A stretch of 64,000 bases of DNA from Eremomyces bilateralis CBS 781.70 (GCA_010015585.1 ML975149.1), one strand, 5' to 3'; shown: positions 12,548-25,200, counted from the stretch's first letter. Notes: a model not told the origin generated them from the sequence alone. Numbers and translations: made by a program.

Positions 12548-14783
12548 CTAGTCATTCATCCACCCAGCTACTCTTCCACCGCCAACACGCGCCGCTAAGC
12601 GTAGGCCTTGCGAGCCCAGTGGGAAATATGAGACGAGATACCAAAGTAGACAGACGAACTGTGCGATGGAGGAAATAAGCGTGAGGAGGGTGGAATGGAG
12701 CTGTAAGTAGCCGAGTTAGCAAATGCGTACATAGACAGTGGGGATATCGGTGTACTAGCAGAAAGTGGAGGAGGGAAAGAGAACGTGGGGGTGGGGTGGT
12801 AGATCGATTGGAAACCGGAGAAAGGAGGTGAGGTGCATGCAAATCTCCGTGTATATCAATGCTGGGGTAGCTGCATCTTGCAAGGCTTTCCAGCGAAGCC
12901 CACACCAGGTGACATGGATCATGGTTAAAGGCGGATGGGGACTGGGGAGCAAAGCAAGGCACCTCAATCCGGAAATCAGATTGTCACTCACCTTAAGAGA
13001 AAAATATAGCGTCAAGCCGATAGACCCAAAGTAGGCGGCTGTGAAGGGAAGCCTGGGGCCTGATAGGAGATGTTTCACTGTTTGACACTCGGATTAGCGA
13101 AACAATATATTGTCCGAAGACAACGGTCAGAGGAGAAATAACGGGGTAATTGAAGATTTGGAAGAGGGCGACACATAGAATGAAGAAGGAAGTATTTGGG
13201 ATAATCGCAGCACAGTTTGATGCTCGGTGTGACGGGGGAGGGCAGGAGAGGCAGCGGCAAATTGGTATATCAGTTCACCGCGCCGTACGCTAGAGTCATC
13301 GACTTGGTTGCAGGTCTGCCAAGTGTCGAAAGCGAGTGCAAAAGAAGTTGAGGCATCTCGAATATGAAACCAGGTACTCACCATAAGGCACCGGGCCCAT
13401 CATGACAGCCCAAGAGGCTAGGAACAAGACTGATCCTATCGTCCATCTGTGTGTCAAGTGATTGGTTAGCGCCATCTCCAAGTAGTAGCGACTGAGACTA
13501 ATGTGCCAATCGAAGCATGGTCGCCTAGGCTGAACAAAGAATTGCATCGGTGTGGGTGTGGGTGTGGGTGTGGGTGTGTGACCCCTGCCATGTCTACCCC
13601 CAATGCATCTCCTCGACCAAAAGGTGAAGGCAGAAACATGGCAAAACGGTCTCGTATGACCGTCGCCTGTGGGTTGCTTGGATATACGCTCATGACTCAT
13701 CAGAGAAGAGGAGCCATGCACTAAAGCAGCTCCCTGTCTATGGAAATTCTGATACTCGAAGCCAGCACCTCCCATCCTATTGGGAGGATGAGTGGTATGG
13801 AATCGTAGATAAATCGGATATCCATGGGATAGGGGAATGGGCGTAATGTCCAGATGACAAGACCAAAAGTGAAAGGTCACTTACAAGATGGCAAACTTCC
13901 GTGGCCGCACCACAAAAATCCCAGTAGGGATCAGGACGAAGCAAGTAACGAACATGCCCAGAGCCGCGAGGTTCAAGCCGCCAAAGATGAGCATGCGATC
14001 CCATCGACTTACTAGAGGTGAAGCTTTCGCATTAGCAACGGAGTACAGTATCGTCACACTCGCCCAATGAGGAGAAACCGGTCATGACGCTAGAAGCAAA
14101 AGATGGATGGGCAAGTATCCAGGGTGTTGTGCGCCTGTCCGGGCCCTGCAGGGCGGCGGAAGAGCGGGAAGCTGCAGCAGGCAGCGTCGGGATGAAGGGA
14201 GACGAATGTCGCAACGCAGGAACTGCTTCTCATCACGTCATGCATCATGCATCGCATGGCTCATGTGGCTCATGTGGCCCAGCTTGCAACTTGGTCGGCT
14301 CAGCAGACGCGTTGGGTCAATGCGCCTTTTTCGTCGTCTCGCGCCGGTGCGAAGCGATGCCGATCGATCGCCGGCCAGTGTTTCGCCACCGCAAGCGTTC
14401 GAACTCGGGTTCCAGGCGACGATCATCGGTGTATGGATGACTCGACGGTAGTGGCAGGACGATGGCTCCCATCATTAGGCGCATGATAGATAGGAGGATT
14501 GGAGGCATTCAAGAAACATTCGGGAAGGCAATGGAGGAAAAGGCAAGTACTTACACGCAAACCATCCCTCTTCCTCGTCTCTTCGCGTGGGGGCTGGGAG
14601 CGGGGCGCCGGGGCCTTCATTGGTTGGGAGACGGACATAGCCTCCACCGTTGCCAAAGGGGTTGAGTGACTGGACTCGGCCCATGAATGACGATGACGGC
14701 GGCGCGGTGTTGACGGGCAGGTCCGGATCGCGCCGGCTCCAGCCCAAGGAGTTCATCGAGTCTCTGAAGGTTGTTGATGCCAT
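12548..14783 (-). CDS. SFT2: Sft2/Got1-family vesicle transport membrane protein, 219 aa; complement(join(12548..12700,12992..13077,13382..13446,13885..14011,14555..14783))
   Basis: FRDSMNSLGWSRR, EEEGWFALSRWDRMLIFG, RPRKFAILWTIGSVLFLASW, HLLSGPRLPFTAAYFGSI, WYLVSYFPLG; all four introns GTRAGT...CTAAY...YAG; exons total 660 nt. Confidence 0.95.
13549..13580 (+). repeat. (GGTGTG)5 microsatellite in SFT2 intron 2
   Basis: ggtgtgggtgtgggtgtgggtgtgggtgtgtg. Confidence 0.95.
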
Positions 14784-16496
14784 GGTCGAAGCGGTAGTCG
14801 TCGTTCACGGGTGAGAAACCCGTTTCGCTTTTCGATTGCGGAGTGTTCGAGTGGGATGGAGGTACGACGGCCCAAGATGTAGGAATGGCAAGCTACAGAT
14901 CGGATTCCCGACTAGTGTGTTAGGTGTGGTCGGGCGAAGGCTGCTGGGGCGTGGACTGTTCGGCTATTGATCCGATTCAACGAGCATCCGTTCGTTCGCG
15001 TCGACTGTGCCGCGAATCTTGGATCCGGCAGGGACGGGTCGGACAAGGCACCAGTCAGCTGGCGTGGTGGACGGGATATGCAAGATCTCGGTCAGCGGAT
15101 CAAAAAGCCGGGCAGTGACGTTAGCCGTCTTGTGTCCGCTTCTCCGACGACCGTGGAGGATAGGAACAGGGTTGTAGAGGTTCGAAGAGCGAGCGAGGCC
15201 GGCAGGGACGGAACGGGATTCAGAGTATGGGTTCAACGTATGGCGCAGATGATGGGCGAATTCGAATGACGCCAGTGAAAGTCGGGTTGTATATTGCCCG
15301 TCTGTGTGTCGGCGCTGAACCCGTTCTGCTTCAGGTGATGGCACAAATCGTGTTAGGCCAAAGCGATCGAGGGCATTCGTACTTCGGTAGGACGTCGATG
15401 GATAGGCTAGCTACTCTTTCCACTTAGTCAAACGGCCGTTCTTGTGTGTGTACGCACCAAACCGATCCAACGGGGCTCTGAGACAGGAGGGAGGGCGCAG
15501 GGGGCTTGTGACAGACCAGGACCGTGGAATCTGGACGGCACGTTGAAGGGATAAAGACAATCAGGGCGTGACGAAGCAAAACGGACCTTAGGAACCCTTG
15601 TAACAGTTGGATGGCTGAGGGTAGAATATGGAGTTGTGGAAGGGTGTGTCGGGATCGGATCGAAGCAACTGGGATGGAAGCCGATGGATGGTGATAGGGC
15701 AGATGACACAGTGGTAAGGACGAAGGTAAGGTTTGGTACCTAACTAGTAGTATGATAGACAGAGCGGTAGGCTGGTGAACTGGTGGTAGGGTAGATCTTG
15801 AAATCGATGTTTAAGTTGAAGGTCAGACAGACAGCAGAGATGGATTGTAGTGCTAGTTCTGTGTACTATGTATGGAATACTGTAAGGATACGACATATCT
15901 GCGGTCGGATTGATCTGCAAGTGATGGATGGAGTCGTCAAATAATAGTGGAGGCCTGAAATGCTGAGACTGCTGGACAGTGGGGACTGGGGAGTAAGAGA
16001 GAGCCTAATTGCAGGCACTGACCGCCTGAGTTGAGAGCCGGAGTTGGAGCCTAAGAGCCTGTGTGGGGAGCTGAGCGCCGGGGAGGGGAGCTGAGCACCG
16101 GAGAGCAGAGAGATGGAGATACAGCATATCAGGCATTTACCGTGCGCCGTACTGGTGTTATAGCACGTGAATGTCAATCGAGGGTAGAAGCGCAGGCGGC
16201 AACCAATCGCCCTTCACTTCATGCAGCTATAGTTCTACTCTACAGAAGAGTTGCAAGAAAACCATAATACCTTGAGACTTAGGTACCAGTCGTCACCAAG
16301 GGAGCTGAGGAATAATTGCTGGTTGGTGTTATGAATGATTGGTTCTCATGTCAAGCGCCGAACCCTTCACTCCTGCGTCTATCCTGCATGTCGTGTTTAC
16401 TGTGGCAGTATTTCCCCATTTCACCCTAAGACGTCATCGGACCACCACCTGCTCCCGCCGTTGCGACCTCAGCCTTGCCATGCGCAACCTGTCCAT

Positions 16497-16528
16497 GACA
16501 ACTTTGACAACTTTGACAACTTTGACAA
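16497..16528. repeat. 9-bp tandem repeat (GACAACTTT)x3.5
   Basis: gacaactttgacaactttgacaactttgacaa. Confidence 0.9.
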
Positions 16529-19427
16529 GTCGAAGGGACCACAGGCGCGGATGCTGTTCGACCTGTCAAAATATGGCCCTAGATCCACCCGGTTCTACTC
16601 ATTGGCTTGGGCTCCGCTGCGTAACTGGACTAAGCTGGCCGGCCCGGCGACGAAGGGTACATAGCCGTCCCACTGCGGCGGATGCAGGGCGGAGTGGTGG
16701 GAACGGGAAAGGCACTGGACGCTGGACGAGAAGAGATCGGTTCATGACCTGAGATAGTTCTTTTCTGTGGACCTTGAACATGGGGAAGTCGATTCCATCA
16801 TGCCTTCAGTTCAGTCTTTCAGTCACGGTTGGTCATGAACCACACCAGTCGTGCAACTCGCCGCAACAATGCACCATCAGCCAACTACTAGCTAGTGCCT
16901 GTCTTGGAATCTTTTCGACCTTGATTTGGTAGTATCGTGCACCTCCACCACCAGTTGCTCCTTCCTTACTGCGTATCCTTCTCTATTGCATTTTTGCACT
17001 GCCAGTTCCTGATTCTCCACCCCACCATACCACCCCCCCCAACCCAAAGCGGCCTCCCAAGTGTGTATGGCAATGAGTCACGCCCATTTCCGCCTTGAGA
17101 GCACACGCGTGTACCTGTTTGAGACCTTGACCCAGATTGCTGGTCGGTACCAGCCACGGGCGAAAGGTCTAGTCGGGGGGTAGCAGTGCCATGAGCAGGA
17201 AATCCTCGGTCATGACAGTTCGGTGGCCTTGAGAAACGAAGGTGCCTGGTGACATGGGAGGGTGAGATGTGGAAGGGGGAGGAAGGCGGCTCGCCCAGAC
17301 ACTCCATCCTCTCCACCCCTCCATCTTCCTGCAACGATCCGGAACATTTGGCTCGGAGGGAAGATCGAAAATGAAATATCGGATGGCTTGGTCCTCCTCG
17401 TGGTGTCCCTCCTGTCATTGCTCCCTCGAGCGCCTGCAGTGCATCGTGTATAAAGCCGTCCAAACCCCTCCACCGTTAGGTAGTTGATCCTCTTTTGGAT
17501 TTATATAGACTTTCCATCGTTTGCCGCCAACCACTCCAATTTTCCCTTGACCTGCCTTGTTACCTCCTCAATTTACATTTTACCTGCACTGTCCACACCC
17601 ACTCTGATCCTGTCTCCGAGTATCCCGTAACCAATTGTCTTTCGGTTACTCGATTGGTGTAGCACTCCCAGGGTCTTACATCCCTCTGCCCTATCACACT
17701 GCATCCTGCATACAAGGAGTTGGCGATCGCAGCTTTCATCGAACGAGAGTTTCCAGCTTTGAGAACCTCAATTCAGACCACTGGAGGCAATTATTTGTTC
17801 GGAATAGCCGACGCATCGACGTTCTTGCTCACCGAGCGGAGGCAAATCGAAACCGACGTAGCCAGCTGCAGAAGTGGCACGGAGAATTAATAGGTGAGAG
17901 AAATTCCAGTACTACGACTTCCTTGGCCCTTGATCCCTCGTACTCCTTGCGTCCTGGACCCTCGGACACGAATAATTCGAGTCTACTCCGTAGACAGCTA
18001 TTATACTCTGCCGCTGGCTCGATGCCAGTTCCCATACAGCCTATGGAGCGCCCGGCCACGGCTTCGGCTATTACCTCCTCTTCATGGACATCGGCAATAT
18101 CAGCTACGAGGAGGCTAGCACCGATGCCATGCAACATCTATGGACGAAGCCTAGATTATTATTTTCTCCGTTCAGAATCTCCGTGGTGCCCTCACCTACA
18201 TGAACTAACCAGGAGTCTATTGTCTGCCACACCGCAACACCCACCAGGGACGCAGCATCCGATCCGGTTTTGCCTTTTGGACTTTGGTCTGGGATGCAAG
18301 CCCGAAGAGAGGAGCATGAATGAATAGCATGAATGAGTAGCCACTAACCCACCAATTCCAAGGCAGCTTGCCTAGAATTCTTCCAATGCCGTTTTGGCTT
18401 TTGCTGACACTTTTGCCTTCCTTGGAACGTGGCTAACCATCGATGTTGTTGAAGTTACCCGTTCAGGCGTTCACCCCCAAGATCTGCGACCCCCAATCCC
18501 CGATTTCGCCCACGAGTTCTGTTGCTACTTCAACGGCAAGCCACAGACGGTTCTGACGCAGCGATTATTCTCCCTTACAGACGAGTCGAGTCCGATGGTG
18601 AACAGGTGAAGGAGAAGCAGACGTAGAAGAAGTGGAGCTGGAGTTAATCAGACCAAGAACTCGGTGGTGCTAAGACTGGGGAACTCAGAGGAAGAGCGGT
18701 TCGCCTTCAGACTTCCCCATCCCCCGCCCGGCCGCTATCGTGACTCTGAACCAGCGTTCCTCTCCCTCGCTCCCCTTAACATACAATTTGACACCACACA
18801 CACGCTCCGACACGTACACTGGCTTCGTGTCATCATTTCTTTCCATTTCTTCACTTTCCCTTTCTGCACCAGAAGATTTTCGGATTGCAGCACACTCACC
18901 ACACGATAATACTCCCTTGCTCTCTTGCTCCCTTGCTCTCTTGCTCCCTGCTGCACTCCTGCTATCAGCGGAAATTCTTCTTCACCCAACTCACTCTTAC
19001 TCACACCTCTCACTCTCACACACTCACACCCTCACACCCTTTTCCAATTCAGTCTCCTCTCCACTACCTTTACCCACCAAGACTTCTGTTCTATTTTCAG
19101 CTCAAGAGGCTGCCAATCCATTCTACCTCCCCCTCTTGGCCGTCTGCCCCGCAATCGAACTTCCAAACCCAAGCAGGGCTCCTGGTCGCCCGCAGATTGC
19201 AATTCTGAACTCTTGCTTCAGCGCTCCAAACGCCACTGCTCCTGCTCCTTCCGTTAGCGAAGGACCCTTGCTCGATTCTCCGCCAACTCCGTTTGTCTCC
19301 CGGTATCTTCTATTAGCCTCCACCGACCCAGACGCAATCAATCGTGTCGGCTCCCTTCAATTCAGCCAACTCGCTCTTCCACCACCTGGACCACCCATCG
19401 TCCGGCTACATGCGTTGATAACTCGAG

Positions 19428-20518
19428 GTAAGCAAGTTCCACTTCCACTATACCTCTTGCTGCAATCCGCCCACCCAAACGGCTCCGCCTGGCGACTCCG
19501 TTTGAGCCCGCGACAACGACTGGATGCCCGCTCCCATCTCCGCTACAACCAGAGATAGGCACCGTCCGTTTCGTGTTACCGCTTGTCCCAAACTTGGGCA
19601 AAAGAACTCCTGGAAACGGTTCACGGCATCTTTGCTCAGGACAGCAATGCGATGCCGTCTGGCTCCGCAATTATCCCATTGTTATCCCCCCGCCACACTC
19701 TCCGCAATATCTGCAGTCTGCACCTGCCCTACCCATCCACCGCTCCTGTTCGCAGCACGTCGCTAACTTCCCGCTTCGTTTTTAATAGTCATCTTCTCGG
19801 GATATCCTTTCGTCCTCCATTTACCAGCCACATCGACATCTTGCCAATTTCCGATCCCATCGAAACACTCCACCTTCACGTTTCACAAGTTCGACTCTCG
19901 CGACATTATCTCGTCCCAGCAGACATTTCCATATCTGCATACGAGTCCACTGATCGCCAGTAAGCGGCACGGACGAATCACAAGCCATACCATCGGTCCA
20001 GTCAAACTTCCTGCCGTCCTACAAGTTCGGTGACTGAGGAAACAACCCTTCCACCCTTGCCTTCGAGTACGGTCCGAAAACAGACTGCGAACGATAGAAT
20101 CGGGTTGTTAAACCCATATATCGGTGCACGTCATACGCACAAACTCGATTTCTACATCCCTCGACCCTATCCATGCATGGTTTGCCTCTGGTCCGTCATC
20201 TGCCTTGTCCACAGCTTTGAAACCCCGACCATATCCCGTACGCGCACACAAAGGCTTGCTTGGATTCTTTTGACCGTCGCGTGGCCGTCGTCCTGATCAC
20301 GAACCTTGGTCGACTGCTGCATATCGTTATCATCGAAACGCCGGGGTGCTATATACGACGTTGAGAGAGATTGGCATCCCAGTATATTGGCCGCTGCTCC
20401 GAGCCTTTATAGTCGTAAGACGGCCCCTTCTTCTCGTGTCATTGATTTGATTCATGGCTGAATTGGCGTTTGCCGAGATCTTTCTTGTTTTGATATTCGA
20501 TCTGACATTGCCCTGTAG
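19428..20518 (+). other. Probable 5'UTR intron of the bHLH gene (alternative donor at 19960)
   Basis: Donor GAG|GTAAGC at 19428; branch CTGAC and acceptor CCCTGTAG at 20518, 112 nt upstream of ATG 20631. Confidence 0.55.
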
Positions 20519-20630
20519 GTTTCGGTGGTTCCGACCCACAATTTTTCCCACACACTGTCTTCCCCAGCATCAGCCTCGCCTTCAACTTCGCCTCCAATTC
20601 TCGATTGATCATCATCACACGGCCTTCACT

Positions 20631-22250
20631 ATGGATAATACCGCTACCTCTCCTTATATCAAGAACGAGCCGGACGATTTCCAGTTCGATACGAACCACT
20701 TCGACAATTCCCAGTTCGGCCGGAGTCAGTTCCAAGGAAACAGCAATATGACGCCGAGTGTCAACCCCTCCGACCTCAGTATGGGGAATAACTTCATGAA
20801 CAACCACTCATACGGGTCGCAGAATATGTTCATGGGAGGAGCCGGGATTGCCGACGACGAACTCTTGGATTTGGGGAATCTAAACGGAGAGAGTACGCAA
20901 GGGAATTTCGTCCAAGGACAGAACGGACTCGGCCAAGGCGCCAACCAAAACTTCAGCTTCAACGACGGCGTTAGCGGCGGGCCTGTGTCCATGAACAGCC
21001 AACAGCAGATGTTCTCTCATACACCCGATGGCGCGCCGATGGCCAGTCCTTTTGCCCACGACAGCCAGTTCTCCCATATGCGGACCATGCCATCGCAGTT
21101 CCCAGGATCACAGTCATACGACTTGGCCGCGCGAACACGGCCCAAGATGCGTAACGTCGACCGACATCACTCCGACTCACGCTCGCCCCTGACTCCCAAG
21201 AACATGAATGGAATCCAGCTTGGCACTCCCGAATCTGGTTCTTACGGAGGCCAGCCGATTATGTCCGGTCAACAAATTCGGACGCACCAGAAGAGCGTTT
21301 CAGGCACCTGGGACGGTACACCCGGCAGCGGTTCATGGGTCGACTCCCCCCTTCCCAGCAGCCCCCACCAAGGGCAAATGCATCCGCAAATATCCGAAAT
21401 CCTCACCTCCGGTAAACACGCCTCCCTCCCCACGAAAGTCGACGCCACCGGCCACCTCCACACGGGAAGTGTCCCCACAGGACTGCAGTCGCAAGAAGCG
21501 AAACGCCGACGCCGCCGCGAATCCCACAATCTCGTCGAACGTCGCCGCCGGGACAATATCAACGAGCGCATTCACGATCTCTCCCGCCTCGTTCCGGGGC
21601 ACCGTCTCGACGATGAGAAGATTCGGAAACATATCAATAACAACGGCCCTCTCTCACCGACCCTCGCCGCGTCCGGGATCTCGCCCCCGCAAGCGACCTC
21701 GCTCCTTGCCGGTGGTGCTGGTCGTCGTGCTGCCGGCAACATCACCACGGGACTGCCCATCGAGGAGAAAGACAAAGGCCCTAATAAGGGCGATATCCTC
21801 AACGGCGCCGTTAGCTGGACACGGGATCTGATGTGGGCGTTACATCGATCGCTGCAGCAGCAAGACCAACTCAGAGAGTACGTGGAGTCACACGGACTAC
21901 AGTTCCCGCTCGAGTTTACGGAAGAGGATAAGCGCATGCGCACGGAACTGTTCGACTCCGTCAATGGGAATTCGACCGATAAATTCGTGTACTCTCGCGG
22001 TCCCGGATCCGGTTTGCGCGTTCCCCAACACACGGACTTCGCCGGCCTGGCGCTGGATGGTGCGCAGGGAAGCGGCCATAGTGGGACGATCAGCCCGCAG
22101 AGCCTGTCGCCGAGCGGTAATGCTGGCAACGTCAACGGTACCCAGGAGCAACAATTCTGGATGGGCCATGGACACCGGGCGAGCGGAAGTAGCGGAAGAG
22201 GGAGCTTTACCTTGAAAGAAGAGGATGAATTTGGGATGGAGCTCTCGTGA
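20631..22250 (+). CDS. bHLH transcription factor, MiT/TFE-Rtg3-like fungal class (GlcD-gamma/Crf1-like), 539 aa
   Basis: KRRRRRESHNLVERRRRDNINERIHDLSRLVP basic-helix 1, long loop insert, KGPNKGDILNGAVSWTRDLMW helix 2; the ORF-track start 20454 lies inside the predicted intron. Confidence 0.9.
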   Translation: MDNTATSPYIKNEPDDFQFDTNHFDNSQFGRSQFQGNSNMTPSVNPSDLSMGNNFMNNHSYGSQNMFMGGAGIADDELLDLGNLNGESTQGNFVQGQNGLGQGANQNFSFNDGVSGGPVSMNSQQQMFSHTPDGAPMASPFAHDSQFSHMRTMPSQFPGSQSYDLAARTRPKMRNVDRHHSDSRSPLTPKNMNGIQLGTPESGSYGGQPIMSGQQIRTHQKSVSGTWDGTPGSGSWVDSPLPSSPHQGQMHPQISEILTSGKHASLPTKVDATGHLHTGSVPTGLQSQEAKRRRRRESHNLVERRRRDNINERIHDLSRLVPGHRLDDEKIRKHINNNGPLSPTLAASGISPPQATSLLAGGAGRRAAGNITTGLPIEEKDKGPNKGDILNGAVSWTRDLMWALHRSLQQQDQLREYVESHGLQFPLEFTEEDKRMRTELFDSVNGNSTDKFVYSRGPGSGLRVPQHTDFAGLALDGAQGSGHSGTISPQSLSPSGNAGNVNGTQEQQFWMGHGHRASGSSGRGSFTLKEEDEFGMELS

Positions 22251-25200
22251 TGACGCAAGAGGTTGCGACGAGAACGTGGCTGGCATGAATAGAAGGCCTT
22301 GCGTTCTTTAATTCGTTTGCTTCTCGGCGACTTTTCTCCCTTTTCTGGGCCGGCGTTTCAATGGCATCCTGAGGGGCATCCATTCACTGCTATTTCCACT
22401 CCAGCTTCTTTCAGACCGTATCAGCTACAGCCTGAGAAGGGCTAAGACGCCTCCCTTGCACTATTCCAGTCCGGGTTGGACTGCCTCGATCGACAAGAAG
22501 CGGAAGGCGAGGACATGATTCTCTTATTCCTATCTACTTCATGCACCGACAGACACTGGTCTATTTCCTCCTCATCTCCATCAACAGCACAGCATTTATT
22601 TTGCACTCTGTCCCTACTACCTCTGCAGATTTTCGATCTCCGATTTCCTTTCTTCGTTACTATCTTCCACAGGAAGTTTGCACATCGGCGTTCTATATCC
22701 CTTTCATTTCGTCTGGCCTTTCGAGCATTTGACTACGGTCAATGCCACCCATCGTTCTTTGACACGGAATCTCCTTCGGCTATCTTCTTACATGATTATG
22801 GGGCGCAGATTCAAGGCACAATTGGGAAGGGATACATTTAGGGGGCGTTGTTTCTCGATTGATCGAGAGGATGGGAGTGCTTTGGTGTTCCTTTCGCGAA
22901 TGTCATGGGCTTGAGGCTCATTCGGTCTACGTTTCCTGAACTTTTTTCGCTTTTTCCTTCTGATGGGAGGGCCTGGTGGGACATGGTTAATGGGGGTTGC
23001 TAGCGAGGATATTACTGATATCAGACATCGGGAATTCAATTTGAATTTTATTCATACTGGTAACCATATGAGGGTGACCATGACCTGTAATCAAATAGCT
23101 TCACATACTCTCGCCCTTCCATCGGCGAAACTCCCACTTTCCAGATGCAAGATGTCCGCTCCATTTGCTGGAAGTGGACAACACACCAGCCTTCATGCGA
23201 CATAGGTATTAAGTCGCTCTATCCAAACAAAGCTTATTGGAAACCGTCAACCAAATGGTGTATGAGCGAGATACTGCAATTTGCAATCACATTTGCTTCG
23301 GGAGGAGTATCTAGATATCTTCTTATATCCTACCGTAGTACAACACACCCGACCCAATTCTTCTTGTGCAACTCTTGCAACGCGTCGGATTGTATGAGTC
23401 CTATACTCTTCAACTTCTGCGGAGCTGGCCACTCGGACAGCCACTAAGCAGCAAGTCGACTCCAGTGGTTCGCAACAACTATTCGAGTTTGCCCGCGCTC
23501 CCCTACCCTGCTCTACTCAAGCACAGCCGTGCCCGAAGATCGAACACTTTGTCCATAATCGAACGCGGAGGAGGGCGTCATTTGCTGGGACGATCTCATC
23601 GTCTCATCGAACTTTTTCCAAAATCATTCCGCGCGAGAACTTTCTTTAGCCCTTAGCTCGGTCTGCGTCCGACTGCCCGGCCGATGTCCTCGAAGAAGCG
23701 GCCGTCGCGGCCTTCGCGGCCTTCGCCTCGATGTCTGCGAATCCCAAATTATCCGACGTGTCCGGTGCCATTAGATTCCTGCTCAGGGCGTCAGCAACGC
23801 TTCGCCCACCGCTGGCCGAGTCCAGATGGTGCTACGAGGATCGAACCTTTCCATCCGACACTCCAAATATTCCCGTGACAGCAGCCGGCACTCGTCGTCA
23901 TTCGTACCGCGGTGTGACTTTATGCATCGGAGGTAGCGCATCATTTGGCGTTTGCATTCGCCTGTTTGCTCGCAGCGTCAGCCATCTGAGGATTCCAGGG
24001 GGATGTCCAAACACGCGAATCCACATGTTCGGGTCTCAATGCATCGGAACGGTTGGATGAGAGAGACAACATACCATCGTGATCGAGGGGAAACGAGCCG
24101 CGCTCGGGACTGGACGAAGGACAAACACGCACCGTCAGCTTCCAAGCATCTTCAATTGCGTCATGCCGACCGTTTGCAGCGGGTTGGTCATTGATTGCCT
24201 TCGGAATGGCACAAGAAGCAATCAACACGACAGCTTGCGACAAACGACAAATACGTACGGAGTCGGCTTCGCGTAGGACCTGCCACCACCGGGACCGCCG
24301 AATTGACTCATCTTTCCGGAGCAGGTGTCTCGTGGACAACCTCTTTCTGGGACCAAGGGAAAGGAGCTGCGTGATGCCTTTGGAAGAGGGTGAATACCGG
24401 TAGGACGTTGCTAACCCAAGGGACCAGAATCTTTTCTTTTCCCTTCTCTTTCTGGGTGGTCAGGTGAGGGTGGTGAGAGGGGGAGGAACTAACTAAGAAC
24501 TAATACTGGGAATTATTATGCACGAACCGAAGCAAGCAGATGTCGTCTGGATAGACTCATGGCTCGGCGAAGGGGCTCACGGACCATCCGAAGGTACCTG
24601 TCATAACCTGTGCCTGGCAGATCACAGAATCGATGACTTGCATTCCAGTCTGCAGAGTCCGGACACGAAAGTTTTTTTCATGCCGTCAATTGTATTATTA
24701 TTATTAATAATAATAAAAACAATGTTCCTTGCTAGGCACTTGGGCACTTAGGGTCTCCTAGCTGCCAGCCTTCCGCGGGGTCGTGCCATCATCTGGTGGC
24801 CCCTCCCCCCCAGCTGCCCGCCGAACTGCCCCGCCGAAGTCCTAAGGGTGGAAACTGAGAATAATGTGAGATAATGGGATTATTATCGATCTTTGGGGGG
24901 TTCGAATATCATACGCTCCCGGCATCCAGAAGGTAAGATGATGATGGTTTCCATGGCCAGTGCAGAAAACTGTCAGCGAGCGCTGGAGCGGCCAAGTACG
25001 TGCGTAACCCTCCCATCAACTAGACTTCGAGATTTCATATCGACACATGTCTATAGAGTACGGACGTAATACAACCATTTTGAATACTCTTCCCTGTTCT
25101 CCAAGGACTTCAACGGTCATGGTGTTACCACACCTAGGGCGGATGAACACACGTTAAAGAATACACTGGAATGCGCATGCCGCCATCTAATGTCTCCGCG

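Noticed and set aside
13695..13703. CTGATGAG (minus strand) in SFT2 intron 2, resembling a hammerhead ribozyme core
   Set aside because: No stem II followed by GAAA and no matching stems I and III
18740..19558. 272-codon GTG-initiated ORF as a protein-coding gene or non-AUG extension
   Set aside because: Low-complexity S/L/P/T from CT-rich DNA, no Met, and out of frame with the bHLH CDS after the 19428 splice
20454..20630. ORF-track N-terminus MAELAF... of the bHLH protein
   Set aside because: ATG lies upstream of a clear branch point and acceptor at 20518, so it is probably intronic
21208..22286. Alternative-frame and antisense ORFs of 100-228 aa over the bHLH gene
   Set aside because: GC-rich shadow ORFs with no recognisable domains
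24695..24716. Perfect 22-bp palindrome TTATTATTATTAATAATAATAA
   Set aside because: Head-to-head (TTA)n microsatellite; low complexity with no element around it
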